From a virus (taxonomy: Duplodnaviria > Caudoviricetes), in the IMG/VR virus record IMGVR_UViG_3300033177_000258: a stretch of DNA of 64,000 nucleotides; one strand, given 5' to 3'. Under the pieces are notes generated by a model. It was given only the letters and a program-made list of their open reading frames with translations. It searched no databases and was not told the DNA's origin. Below are positions 50,216 to 60,041 of the stretch, piece after piece. The position numbers and the translations under genes were made by a program. How positions within the stretch are numbered: position 1 is the first letter of the stretch; each line of letters starts with the position of its first letter.

Positions 50216-50862
50216 TGCCGAGGATAGCAGTCTCCGGGCCCATCTGCTCGGGCAAGTCAACCGTCACTCAACCCATCGTCTCAGACTTCGGTTACGAGCA
50301 TGAATCGCTGGCGAAGCCGCTCAAGCAGTTGGCTGCCGCCGCCATTCTCGATACCGTCATGCGCGACAGCACGGTGGCCGTACTGCTGCAGCGCCTCTTC
50401 AACCAGCGGCCAAGTCTCGGGGTCCGTGCCCTGCAGGCGTATGAGACACTGCGCGCAGAGCACGCGGACGAGCTTGAGACACAGCGAGACGGGGGCAAGC
50501 CCCGCGTCTTCCTCCAGCAGCTCGGCTCCGCCTTCCGCGAACTCGATGTGGACGTGTGGGCCAAGGACCTCATCGCTCGCACGTCGGATGGCCGCTCATT
50601 CGTGGTGGACGACCTGCGCTATGAGAACGAGGCTCGCATCATGCGGGCCAATGGCTGGCGCTTGGTCCGCTGCCAGGTGCCGCTGGAGATTCGCAAGGAG
50701 CGCATCCGGGGTCTCTACGGCTCCTACGACGAGAGCATCTTGCAGCACCCGAGCGAAACCGGGCTAGACAACTGGACCGACTGGGACTACCTCATTGACA
50801 CCAGCGTGCCGTTCGAGGACCAGTCGCTCGAAGTGCTGCGCATGATGGAGGCGATGTTCTGA
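50215..50862 (+). CDS. Deoxynucleoside monophosphate kinase
   Basis: GPICSGKS, R.FLQQLG, DDLRYENE, HPSE. Confidence 0.85.
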   Translation: MPRIAVSGPICSGKSTVTQPIVSDFGYEHESLAKPLKQLAAAAILDTVMRDSTVAVLLQRLFNQRPSLGVRALQAYETLRAEHADELETQRDGGKPRVFLQQLGSAFRELDVDVWAKDLIARTSDGRSFVVDDLRYENEARIMRANGWRLVRCQVPLEIRKERIRGLYGSYDESILQHPSETGLDNWTDWDYLIDTSVPFEDQSLEVLRMMEAMF

Positions 50863-51278
50863 TGGCGACCGACCAGTATGTCGTAGCCGAGTTGCTGATG
50901 GAAGACAGGGAGCGAGCGCGCCGGCAGAAGGCATGCTTCTCCGCCTGTAACATCTGCACCAAGTGCGAGCACTTCACGAGCGAGTACCCCGAGTGCCGGG
51001 CCTGCTACCCGTCTGACCCGGAGTACCAGGCCGTGACCCATTCTTGGGAGCACTGCCATTGCCGGCAGTTGCCGTGGGTTGACTCCATCGGCGGCCGGCA
51101 GCATAGCAACCTGGTGCTCCCCAGCATGCAGAACCCCAAGGTGCGCGACCAATTCAAGCAGACCATCGCCGAGGCCGACAAGAGCAACCTCGTTGAAGAG
51201 ATGGCGCAAGCTCTTGAAGAGTCGGGCGTTTCCCTGCCCGAGGACGCCGCCAAGACGACTATCCGACAGGCCCGATAA
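50862..51278 (+). CDS. Cys-rich hypothetical protein
   Basis: Coupled ORF with several CxxC. Confidence 0.6.
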   Translation: MATDQYVVAELLMEDRERARRQKACFSACNICTKCEHFTSEYPECRACYPSDPEYQAVTHSWEHCHCRQLPWVDSIGGRQHSNLVLPSMQNPKVRDQFKQTIAEADKSNLVEEMAQALEESGVSLPEDAAKTTIRQAR

Positions 51279-51317
51279 GGCGCCTCTGCCGTTCCCAACA
51301 GAAAGGACACCGCACCC

Positions 51318-52469
51318 ATGAAAGTCAACTTCGCTCGCTTGGTCGGTCCCGCCATCCAGGCCAGGGCACCTCAACTGGAGCTGGTGTGCCAGCAGGGAGT
51401 AGTGACCGCGCGCGGTTACTCCGCTGGCGAAATCATCTGCCAGCCCCCCGACCAGGAAGTCTCAGGCGATGACTGGTCCATCACGGTCGAGACCCGCATG
51501 CTGTCCCCCATCAAGGACATCGGTGACGCCGAGCTCTCCATCGGGGAGAACGACGGCGCCCCCTGCCTGAGCATCGTTTCCGGCAAGAGCGAGTTCGAGC
51601 TGCCCGCCTTCGACAGCCAGGTTCCCAAGAACGAGCACATCACGGAAGTGGCCCTCCTTCTGGAAGGCCCGGTGCTCAAGGACGCGCTCCAGTTCCTGGC
51701 TCCGTATCACAACAAGGGCTCCAAGGCCGTTACCGGCGTGGACCATGGTTGCCTCTACCTGTACGCCGATGCCAACAATCGGCTGCGCATGGCCGCCACC
51801 TCCAGCTACGTCCTGGCGCACGTGGGCGGCGACGCCCTGCCGTCCCTGCCCGACGATATGGCGGGCATCATCAGGGCCGGCAAGACGGCCTTCCGCCTCA
51901 TCCCGTGGGAGCTGCTCACCGTAGGCACGCCAAAGTCGCTGTCCATCTGCGGCGATGGTGCCGTGGTTGAGTTCGAAGAAGGCATCAAGGTGGTGGCGTC
52001 CTGGGCTGAGACCAAGGTCCCGGACTGGACCATCCTGACCTGCCCGCGCCGCACCAAGGGCTGGCATGCCACTGTCTCGCGGGAAGAGTTCACCAGCCAC
52101 TTCAAGCGCGTCGCGGCCTACATCAGCGTAGTGGGCGACGAGGCTCTCCCGGTCATCAAGACGGGCAAGAGCGGCCTCGGCATTTCCATCCGTGGTGGGC
52201 GCGGCCGCATCGAGACCGAAGTCCCGGCCGACGTGTCGGCGCAGGCCAGCGCCACCTATGAGACCCCAGCGAGCGGCATCCACCTGCGCGGCTTTGGCCC
52301 CCAGGTTGGCATGGTTGTGCCCAAGGAAGTCGGCTTCCTGCTACCCGAGGACCTGAAAGACGATGCCGAGCCGGAAGTCGCGAGCTCCATGCTGTTCTGG
52401 GAGGATAGCGCCTTGTCGGGCGGCACGCTGGAGAAGAATGTATCGGTCGTCCTGTCCGAGCAGGGATGA
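51318..52469 (+). CDS. Divergent sliding clamp (DNA pol III beta-like)
   Basis: About 380 aa; MAATSSYVLA aligns with ATDxxRLA; PDW; dnaE in window. Confidence 0.6.
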   Translation: MKVNFARLVGPAIQARAPQLELVCQQGVVTARGYSAGEIICQPPDQEVSGDDWSITVETRMLSPIKDIGDAELSIGENDGAPCLSIVSGKSEFELPAFDSQVPKNEHITEVALLLEGPVLKDALQFLAPYHNKGSKAVTGVDHGCLYLYADANNRLRMAATSSYVLAHVGGDALPSLPDDMAGIIRAGKTAFRLIPWELLTVGTPKSLSICGDGAVVEFEEGIKVVASWAETKVPDWTILTCPRRTKGWHATVSREEFTSHFKRVAAYISVVGDEALPVIKTGKSGLGISIRGGRGRIETEVPADVSAQASATYETPASGIHLRGFGPQVGMVVPKEVGFLLPEDLKDDAEPEVASSMLFWEDSALSGGTLEKNVSVVLSEQG

Positions 52470-52475
52470 TAGACA

Positions 52476-52910
52476 ATGGTTGACGTGACCGTCATCAAAG
52501 AGGGCTGGGACGGAGTAGGCAACTACTGGCCGAAAGAGGCGCTCGTCGCCATGGCCAAGCGCTACACGGCCTGGCGAGAAGAGAACGCCCGAGCGGGTAA
52601 ACCTACCGCCATGCCAATCCGGGTCGGCGGCCCCAACGGCCCAGCCCTCGGTCACGTTGACAGCATGTGGTACGACATCTCGTGGAACGCTCTGCGTGCC
52701 AGCATAGACTGCAGCACCGCCCGGCTGCCCGATGGATGGCAGGGGCCAACGCCTGAAGACATGCTCTCGACGGCTCCCGTAATCGCACTGTACCGGGTCG
52801 TGGATAAGGAAGACTTTGGGGGTCCCGGCTCTGGCTACAAGGTGAAGGAAGGGCACGTAGCGCGGCTCTTCATCAAGCAGATGCCGCAAGGAGTGAAGAT
52901 GCAGCAATAG
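52476..52910 (+). CDS. Hypothetical protein
   Basis: ORF in operon. Confidence 0.6.
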   Translation: MVDVTVIKEGWDGVGNYWPKEALVAMAKRYTAWREENARAGKPTAMPIRVGGPNGPALGHVDSMWYDISWNALRASIDCSTARLPDGWQGPTPEDMLSTAPVIALYRVVDKEDFGGPGSGYKVKEGHVARLFIKQMPQGVKMQQ

Positions 52911-52921
52911 GCTATTGCCTG

Positions 52922-53914
52922 TCACAGGCAACTCGCAGCTAGCCCAAGTACAGCAGCCGCCGCGTATGGCTGATTGACTGCAGCCCTGCGGCCGATTTCG
53001 ACCGCAGCGAAGTGGTCGGCTGGCCCAGCGAGACCGCACGACACACAGAGGAATTGGTCGCGAGTAGGACGGTTCGCCTTCGCGACATGACCGCACCCAG
53101 GACATGTTCGACTGGTATTCCTGGGGTCTACCTTGACAAACGGCACACCAGCCAAAGCAGCCTTGTACTCTACAAACGAGGCCAACTGGTAGAAGCCCCT
53201 GGAGACTTCATGGTTGACGTGGCGCCCGAAACGACTCTCCCGTCCGCTCTGTTGCTTCAGCCGGCGCGTGGCCGACCTTGTGCCTTTGCTCTGGAGCCTG
53301 GCTCGCAATGACGCATGACGGCGGCGCAAGCCGTTGACTTCGGCCCCGCTGAAGTTCTCGCCGTCGCTGTCGGTAGTTATGTTGACGACACCCATGTCTA
53401 CGCCGAGCCAATCCTTGGGTTGCTTTTGCGGGGGTTCGGGAATGTCAACGACTACGCAGAGGTAGAATTGCCCATCACGGAGCACGAGGTCGGCTTGGCC
53501 TCTGACCCCGTAAGCGGTAATCCGCTCATGGGCATAGCCATATACGACGACCGGCATCTTGAGCCGTCCCGAGACCGACAAGATAGACACGGTATCAAGC
53601 CCTTTGAACGAGAGGTTGCGTTGGTCGTATACCACTGAGCCCCGCGCTCTGAAAGTCGGTTGCTTCTTCTTGTCGCGCTTGTAGACTTCGCAGACCTTGG
53701 CAATGGCGCGAACAGCCAACTGGGCGGGTAGAGAGAACCGCTCTCGGGCCCCCTGGTAAGTAAGACGGTGTACGACATTGCGGTTGGCGGAGCCGTTCTC
53801 ATAGGCTACGCTGGAAATCCAATTACACGCCGTATTGAACGACTCCATGGTATCAACCAGGGCGTGGTGCTGGTCGGAGGAAGGCGCGAGTTTGAGCTGC
53901 AGTGTGGTGTTCAT
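52922..53914 (-). pseudogene. tnpB: TnpB cassette E6 with in-frame deletion of RuvC-II and no TTGAC end
   Basis: Relative to E4, 39 aa including VEDL are replaced by one residue (VNHEVSRGFYQ). Confidence 0.85.
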
Positions 53915-53981
53915 CGGGTAGAAGTATCCCGTGGTGTGCCGGGTTGTGTTTGAAGTTTTTCATCAAACGGGGTTGATTGCA

Positions 53982-54611
53982 ATGACCGAGTCTGATACTA
54001 ACCGCGAAATCATCCAGTCCATCTGCGACATCCCCCGCTCCTGGGCTTGGAAGATACCAGATACGTCGCCTATGAACCGCATGACCCAGCGTTACGTGCC
54101 CGCCCGAGCTTTCGACATCTCGGCTTGCATCCACGGTCAGTTCTATGCCATTGAAGGCAAGCTCATTAAGACGCTCGGGGGCTTGTCTACCAATGGCATT
54201 ACCGAGTTCGAGAAGCGTTCTTTGGGTGGCGTAACGCGTGCGGGTGGTTCAGCCCTTCTGGCTATCGCCTACCACGTGCAAAAAGCCACCCCTCAGCAGA
54301 TGCGCAAACACGAACTCGCTTCCCCCAAGGTGCGGCAGCTCTTCTTGGTGCCCTGGGATAGGTGGGTCGAGTTGGAAGCTGCGCTGCCCGAGGGCGTCGG
54401 CACGGTTGCCCGTCCAGACATTGTAGCTGCAGGGGTGAGCGTGGAATGGCTGGGTAAAGGGCGCTGGGACATTGAAAAGGCTCTCTTCGACCTGCATGAA
54501 CGCTCTGACATTATGGTCTGGCCAGTAGGCATTGGCGATGAAAACTGGGTCCCGTTTGACGCCAGTCGCTTTGGGAGAGAGACAGGTGACGCTGAGCATG
54601 CAGAGGGTTAG
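53982..54611 (+). CDS. RecU-like Holliday junction resolvase
   Basis: KIPD, FDISACIHGQFYAIEGK. Confidence 0.7.
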   Translation: MTESDTNREIIQSICDIPRSWAWKIPDTSPMNRMTQRYVPARAFDISACIHGQFYAIEGKLIKTLGGLSTNGITEFEKRSLGGVTRAGGSALLAIAYHVQKATPQQMRKHELASPKVRQLFLVPWDRWVELEAALPEGVGTVARPDIVAAGVSVEWLGKGRWDIEKALFDLHERSDIMVWPVGIGDENWVPFDASRFGRETGDAEHAEG

Positions 54612-55548
54612 GTCTGCCTACCTGGTGGCCGACAGCCAGTTTGCGCTCTCCGCGCTACCCAGCTCTTCAGTGGGGGCTGTCGTCACCTCTCCGCCCTACA
54701 TGGCTGCCAAGGAGTACGAAGAGGGCTGGACCTGGGAAGCCTACTGGCGGCTCATGTCTTCAGTCATCGCCGAGTCGTATCGTGTCCTGCTGCCGGGTGG
54801 TTGGCTGTGCATCAACATGGGCATGACCCCGATGCCGCTGGAGCCTGGCGAAACAGAGAAGGTGCAGCAGTCAGGTATCCCGCACCGCCTCTGGGCCATG
54901 ATGCAGGAGAGAGGCTTCCTCATGGACGCCGACATCATCTGGCTCAAGGCGGCCCCGAAGGGCCCCGGCCAATGGCGCATGTGGGGGTCGTTCCCTTACC
55001 CCAGCAAGATATACGTGCAGTACGGCCATGAGTACATCCTGCGCGGTCGAGTTCGCGGCCGGCGCGAAGTTCCCGAAGCGGTGAAGGAAGCCAGCCGCCT
55101 GACGAACCCGGAGTTCACTGAGTGGGCTCAGGGCGTATGGAAAGTATTCCCGCTCAACCGCAGCCGCGAACTGAAGCACCCGGCGCCCTGGCCGGTTGAG
55201 ATTCCCTATCGTCTCATTCGCATGCACAGCTTCGTGGGCGACGTGATAGTTGACCCGTTTACCGGAAGTGCCGGTACTCAACTGGCCGCCGCCAGTTGCG
55301 GCCGGCACTCATTGGGAGTGGAGAAACATGAGCAATACTGGCCCGACGCCCGGCACCGCTGCGGAGGCTCTGAGTTCATTGGCTATTCCAACCTCCGGCG
55401 ATTCGATGACCCTGCCGGCGCCGTCCGATATGTCTTCGACGGAGGAGTTGGACCGGGGGCACCAGCAGATGAGGGTGGTGCTGCTCCACTACCGCTTGCC
55501 ACTGCATCAACAGCCAGGGACCCTGGCGATGACATCATCTCAGCTTGA
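54598..55548 (+). CDS. Amino-DNA methyltransferase (N4C/N6A, beta class)
   Basis: TSPPY, HPAPWP, DPFTGS. Confidence 0.9.
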   Translation: MQRVRSAYLVADSQFALSALPSSSVGAVVTSPPYMAAKEYEEGWTWEAYWRLMSSVIAESYRVLLPGGWLCINMGMTPMPLEPGETEKVQQSGIPHRLWAMMQERGFLMDADIIWLKAAPKGPGQWRMWGSFPYPSKIYVQYGHEYILRGRVRGRREVPEAVKEASRLTNPEFTEWAQGVWKVFPLNRSRELKHPAPWPVEIPYRLIRMHSFVGDVIVDPFTGSAGTQLAAASCGRHSLGVEKHEQYWPDARHRCGGSEFIGYSNLRRFDDPAGAVRYVFDGGVGPGAPADEGGAAPLPLATASTARDPGDDIISA

Positions 55549-55858
55549 CGGTCTGCAAACCGAGCTCGAAATGCTCAAGGTCCGGGCCAAGTCCTGGGCC
55601 GCCAAACTGGAAGACGAGTTCAGTGCTGAGAAGGCACGGGCCATGATGAAGGCCCGGAACGAAGAGGGACTCAAGAACGCAGAAGAGCGGCAAGCCTGGG
55701 TTTCAGCCCAGGTCCAGCCGACGCAGGAGCGCCTGACCCGAGCCCAGTCCTGGCTCAACCTCTACTCGGGCGCCTGCAAGGTCATTGAGACGCGCGTAAC
55801 CCTGCTTGCTTTGCAGGCATCTGGTGTGCGCTCGAACGCTTCGCTTGGAGGAGCATGA
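55529..55858 (+). CDS. Small helical protein upstream of recombinase (UvsY-like?)
   Basis: Coiled coil; overlaps both neighbours. Confidence 0.5.
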   Translation: MTSSQLDGLQTELEMLKVRAKSWAAKLEDEFSAEKARAMMKARNEEGLKNAEERQAWVSAQVQPTQERLTRAQSWLNLYSGACKVIETRVTLLALQASGVRSNASLGGA

Positions 55859-57042
55859 TGGCTCGAAAGTCAAAGAAAACAGAAGAAGAAGTACCAGTGG
55901 TTGAAGAGCCGAAAGAAGGAGCGCGCCCGTTTGCGGACGCGGCCCAGACCTACACGGTCGGTTCAATGGATGACGACGACTTCGTGACGTTCTGCTTCCT
56001 GAGCACCGGCGTGCCGGCTGTGGACCTCATCCTCAAGGGCGGCTACCCCTGCGGCGTGTTCTGCCAGGTCTACGGCGAAGACCGCTCAGGGAAGACGCTC
56101 ATGTCGTTGAGAGCCGCCCGCGAGGCCCTGCTGATGGACCCGGAGGCGTGGGTGCTCTACATTGACAGCGAGCACAGCATCACTCGGGAGCTGTGCATCC
56201 TGAACGACTTCGAGCCCGACCAGCTCAAGCGTCTCTACGTGGTGCACACGGCGGTCCTGGAGGATACCCTGCGCTGGATGAAGACGGCGCTGACGGGTGA
56301 CTACTCGGACTTCCCCGAAGGCGCGCGGCCCCCGGTCAAAGCTCTGGTTGAGCAGCTCAAGCGCCCGCCCGCCCTCATCGTCTGGGACAGCGTGGCGACC
56401 GCCATCACGTCCAACGACTACGAAGCTGACCCCGGCAAGCAGGTGGGCTACTCCGGCGTTGCCAAGGTCATGCCCCGCCGCCTGCCGGCCATCGCGGCCT
56501 ACGCCTTCCACGCCAAGGTCCCCATCCTGCTGACGAACCAGGCGCGCGAGAGCCTGGACATCTTCGACAAGGAAATGAAGTTCTCGGGCGGCAAGCATCT
56601 GCGCCACACGCACTTCACCCGCCTCCTGCTGGACCGCTATCTGGACAAGAAGACCAACATCTCGACCCACAAGGTCCAGGTGTCCAAGAGCAAGCTTGTC
56701 GGCGACGGCATCCAGACGGAGTTCGTGTTCGCGCCCGAGACCGGGTTCGACTACATTGACGCCATCATCAACGGGGTGGCTCTGCCGCTCGGCATCGTCA
56801 CCAAGGCCGGCGCCTACTACCAGTGGCGCGGTCAGTCTTTCTACCTCAAGGATGCGCTCACGAAGCTCGGCGCGCAGATAAAGGACCTGGTAGCGGACAT
56901 CCGCGCCGCCAGCGGCATCCCCCTGCTGGGCGGCCGCAGTCTCGACAGGTTCATTGAGAAGCGCTTGGCTTCCATCAAGGAGGCGGAAGACGGTGGTGGC
57001 GACAACGAGTTCGCCGAAGAGCCAGGAGAGGGCGCCGAGTAG
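55855..57042 (+). CDS. RecA/UvsX-like recombinase
   Basis: STG..AVD...GGYP, GEDRSGKT, YIDSEH, IVWDSV, TNQ.R, SGG, KAGAYY. Confidence 0.9.
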   Translation: MMARKSKKTEEEVPVVEEPKEGARPFADAAQTYTVGSMDDDDFVTFCFLSTGVPAVDLILKGGYPCGVFCQVYGEDRSGKTLMSLRAAREALLMDPEAWVLYIDSEHSITRELCILNDFEPDQLKRLYVVHTAVLEDTLRWMKTALTGDYSDFPEGARPPVKALVEQLKRPPALIVWDSVATAITSNDYEADPGKQVGYSGVAKVMPRRLPAIAAYAFHAKVPILLTNQARESLDIFDKEMKFSGGKHLRHTHFTRLLLDRYLDKKTNISTHKVQVSKSKLVGDGIQTEFVFAPETGFDYIDAIINGVALPLGIVTKAGAYYQWRGQSFYLKDALTKLGAQIKDLVADIRAASGIPLLGGRSLDRFIEKRLASIKEAEDGGGDNEFAEEPGEGAE

Positions 57043-57304
57043 AGGGCTGAAGCCCCACAAGACGCTTCGCTTCTACCTTTGGCTTGTACAGCAGGGTAGG
57101 TGCATCTGGTGCAAGCGCAATCACCCGTTCGGGACGACGACGTTGGAACACATCCATCCCAAAAGCGAACAAGGGGCACTCGGGGTAAGCAACCTGGCGG
57201 TGGCTTGCCCCGAGTGCAACAGTTCGCGCCGACAACAGCCTTCATCGCAGAAAGGTTCTCCGAATGTCTCAACGTCAACAGCTCCTGGATGCAACCAGGG
57301 CTAA
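56954..57304 (+). CDS. HNH endonuclease (start uncertain)
   Basis: CIWC, EHIHPKS..G, NLAVACPECN. Confidence 0.75.
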   Translation: MRSAWLPSRRRKTVVATTSSPKSQERAPSRGLKPHKTLRFYLWLVQQGRCIWCKRNHPFGTTTLEHIHPKSEQGALGVSNLAVACPECNSSRRQQPSSQKGSPNVSTSTAPGCNQG

Positions 57305-58553
57305 GGTTTTCAACTGCAAGTTGTGCCCGCTTCGCGAGCATGCGAAGCAGACCGTGTGGGGGGAAGGCCCTATTGACGCTCCGGTCTTCATCATCGGTGA
57401 AGCGCCGGGAGCGGACGAAGACGAGCAGGGGCGCCCGTTCGTGGGCCGTGCTGGCAAGGTGCTCGATGACGCGCTGAAGACAGCGGGGCTCGACCGCCAG
57501 GCACTCTATGTGGACAATGTGCTGTCATGTCGTCCTCCGAACAACAGCTTCCCGGATGACCCGACTCCGGTCCAGTCTTGCCTGCCCTACCTCAACGACA
57601 ATCTCGCCGCCGTGCTGCCCGAAGTAGCTGTGGTGCTGGGCGCCAACGCCTACAAGTCCATCTTCGACGGCCGCCCGCAGATGATGATGAGCAAGACGCG
57701 GGGCACCGTGTTCATGCACCAGTTCTTCGCCAACGGCCGACCGCTGGCGCTGCCGATGGTGCTGAGCTACCACCCCTCATACGTCGCACGCCGGGGCGGC
57801 TCAGACACGCGCGAGTACCGCGAGCTGGTCGAAGACATCAAGTTTGCTGCAACGCTAGCGGAGACCAGGCGCCAAGTCCCGGAAATCTTCGCCGGTGTCG
57901 TTACCTCGCTGCCGGAGCCCGTTCAGGCGGTTACGCGCGCGGCGCTGGAGCGGGCCCCCGATACCTTCACCAAAGCCCCCGCGTCATCATCCGGCAAGCA
58001 TCACCCCGCATGGGCCAACGAAGATGGCGGCCTGCTGTCGCATAGCCTGGGCGTGTCCTACATCGCCGGGGAAATCGCCGCCCGGATGGGCGAGGAGCAG
58101 TTCGTTACCATCTTGCGCGCGGCCGGCCTGCTGCACGACCTCATTAAGTGGGGTTACGGGAGCCAGGGGTACAAGAGCGACTACAAGCATCACGAGGCAA
58201 TATCTTCTGGTTTCGTGGCAGCGGTTGCTGACCGGATGGGCCTGTACGAAGACGGCAACGTCTTGCGTCTACTCTGCGCCATCGGCACCCACGCGGGCCA
58301 GTGGGGCGACAACCGCCCGCGCATCTGGTATGAGTTGGCGCTGCATCTCGGCGACTTGCTCATGTCCAACAAGAACATGCCCGACCCCCTGCACATTTCG
58401 GTAGTCACACAGGACGCCAAAGAGGCGCTCACTGAGCTCTCGCGCATCCAGGACTACAGCTCCATACCGCGCTCTGCTGAAGCGATAGATGCTGCGCGCG
58501 CCGTCGTTACCGCCCTGCGGCCGGGCTTTGCTCGTTCGCTACTCAGAAAGTGA
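57264..58553 (+). CDS. Family-4 uracil-DNA glycosylase fused to an HD-domain hydrolase
   Basis: CKLCPL, GEAPG..ED..GRPFVG, CRPP.N, YHPS; then HH...GGLLSHS, LLHDLIK. Confidence 0.88.
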   Translation: MSQRQQLLDATRAKVFNCKLCPLREHAKQTVWGEGPIDAPVFIIGEAPGADEDEQGRPFVGRAGKVLDDALKTAGLDRQALYVDNVLSCRPPNNSFPDDPTPVQSCLPYLNDNLAAVLPEVAVVLGANAYKSIFDGRPQMMMSKTRGTVFMHQFFANGRPLALPMVLSYHPSYVARRGGSDTREYRELVEDIKFAATLAETRRQVPEIFAGVVTSLPEPVQAVTRAALERAPDTFTKAPASSSGKHHPAWANEDGGLLSHSLGVSYIAGEIAARMGEEQFVTILRAAGLLHDLIKWGYGSQGYKSDYKHHEAISSGFVAAVADRMGLYEDGNVLRLLCAIGTHAGQWGDNRPRIWYELALHLGDLLMSNKNMPDPLHISVVTQDAKEALTELSRIQDYSSIPRSAEAIDAARAVVTALRPGFARSLLRK

Positions 58554-58564
58554 GGGCTTGACCT

Positions 58565-59185
58565 ATGCAGTACAGCGGCACCCCCATCATGGCCCTGGAG
58601 GCCCCGAGCCAAGAGCGCCTGATTGAGGCGTTCTGGTCATCCGGCTTGTGTGCGCTTCAGGTGGTGAACCCGAAAGTCTTTGCGCGCCCTTTGCCGGCGC
58701 AAGAGGGCGAGCACAACGCCGTGCACGACGCCGCGTCGGCGGCCCTGCGGTCCAGCACATTGTCTCGCTACGTCGCGCTGGACATGACCCATAACGTAGA
58801 GCCGGAGACGATGGCGGCTGCCGTCGCGCTTTGCATGGTCACGCAGGCCGAGCTCCTCGTGGTCTCCGAGTACGGCCACTTCCCCATGCTCTTCCGGCAA
58901 CTGCTGCAGGTGAATGAAGTCGCCGACGCCGACGCACTCATTGCACTCGCTGGTCAGCTACTAGGTAAGGACCACGAAGAGCGACGCATGAACATCCCCC
59001 TGATGGCGACGCTCTCCCTGCCGGTTGAGGGCGCGGGCGGCGTATCGCTCGGGGACGCGGACAAGGTGATGGAGCTCCTGCGTCTCGCGTTCAACAACGC
59101 GGCGAACATCAAGCCGGCCCCGGACCACATCATCATCCACGCCATGGCCAGTGTGGTCATGCCGAAACCCCTGTTGGAGGGCTAA
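58565..59185 (+). CDS. Hypothetical protein
   Basis: ORF in operon. Confidence 0.6.
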   Translation: MQYSGTPIMALEAPSQERLIEAFWSSGLCALQVVNPKVFARPLPAQEGEHNAVHDAASAALRSSTLSRYVALDMTHNVEPETMAAAVALCMVTQAELLVVSEYGHFPMLFRQLLQVNEVADADALIALAGQLLGKDHEERRMNIPLMATLSLPVEGAGGVSLGDADKVMELLRLAFNNAANIKPAPDHIIIHAMASVVMPKPLLEG

Positions 59186-59186
59186 C

Positions 59187-60014
59187 ATGGAACTGCACGT
59201 CTTTGGCACCCAAGAAACCATCCACCTCTCGTACAGCGAGATTCCGTGGGATGTAGACACGAAGCAGCGCACCGACCTGGACCCCGGCACCGGCGAACCC
59301 ATGATGGAGTTCGTGCTCGACGCCGATGGCAAGATGAAGCGAGACGAAAACCTCAACCCGCTGATGCGGGCGGCGGACGGTAGCGAAGTCCCGGTGAAGA
59401 CCGACGTGTGGGTCGAGAACCGCGCTTTCACCGTCCCCTTCGGCCCCTGCTGCATCAACCAGGAAGTCAAGCAGACGCAGTACGCCGACCGCCCCGACGT
59501 GCAGGTCTGTCGCGGCACCTGCTGCCGCCAGCCGGTCTCAGTGAAGGTTAGCACCATCGCGGCCATCCTCAAGCACATGGATGGCATCCTCAAGCACATG
59601 CCCCCGGCGAACGCGAAGCTGGCTTCGCTGGCGAGCCCGTTCCGCCACGAGTCCATCCGCCCGATGCCCGATGGCTCCTGTATCTTCTGGAACCCGGTCA
59701 ACGGCCAGTGCGCGCTGTACAACTACGCCCAGGCCAACGGCCTGGATGTGAACCGCCTGCGGCCCATCCCATGCTCGCTGTTCCCCCTGCAGATTCAGGC
59801 CGGCTGGCTCGACCAGACCCCGCGCTACTTCGCGATGTTCATTGACCCCATCGTGATGCAGCAGCACAACATCGCCTGCCCCACGGCCGGCAATGGTGCC
59901 TGCAAGCCGGCGTACCTGAGCCTGAAGCGCGAGTTCGACACCGCCTTCGGGGAAGGCTTCTGGGAGGTCATGGTAGACGTGTATGAGCGGCACTTCAGAC
60001 CAAAGCACGAGTAG
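59187..60014 (+). CDS. Cys-cluster protein (DUF3109/YkgJ-like)
   Basis: C.GTCC, CIF, CAL, RP..CSLFP, FG..F. Confidence 0.6.
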   Translation: MELHVFGTQETIHLSYSEIPWDVDTKQRTDLDPGTGEPMMEFVLDADGKMKRDENLNPLMRAADGSEVPVKTDVWVENRAFTVPFGPCCINQEVKQTQYADRPDVQVCRGTCCRQPVSVKVSTIAAILKHMDGILKHMPPANAKLASLASPFRHESIRPMPDGSCIFWNPVNGQCALYNYAQANGLDVNRLRPIPCSLFPLQIQAGWLDQTPRYFAMFIDPIVMQQHNIACPTAGNGACKPAYLSLKREFDTAFGEGFWEVMVDVYERHFRPKHE

Positions 60015-60041
60015 GCTCACGGCGCTTTTCAGGTATATTCC

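Noticed and set aside
52868-53973. Recoded duplication across E6 (TTCATCAAGCAG vs TTCATCAAACGG)
   Set aside because: Only ~3 codons match and it is not at the guide position; too weak to call.
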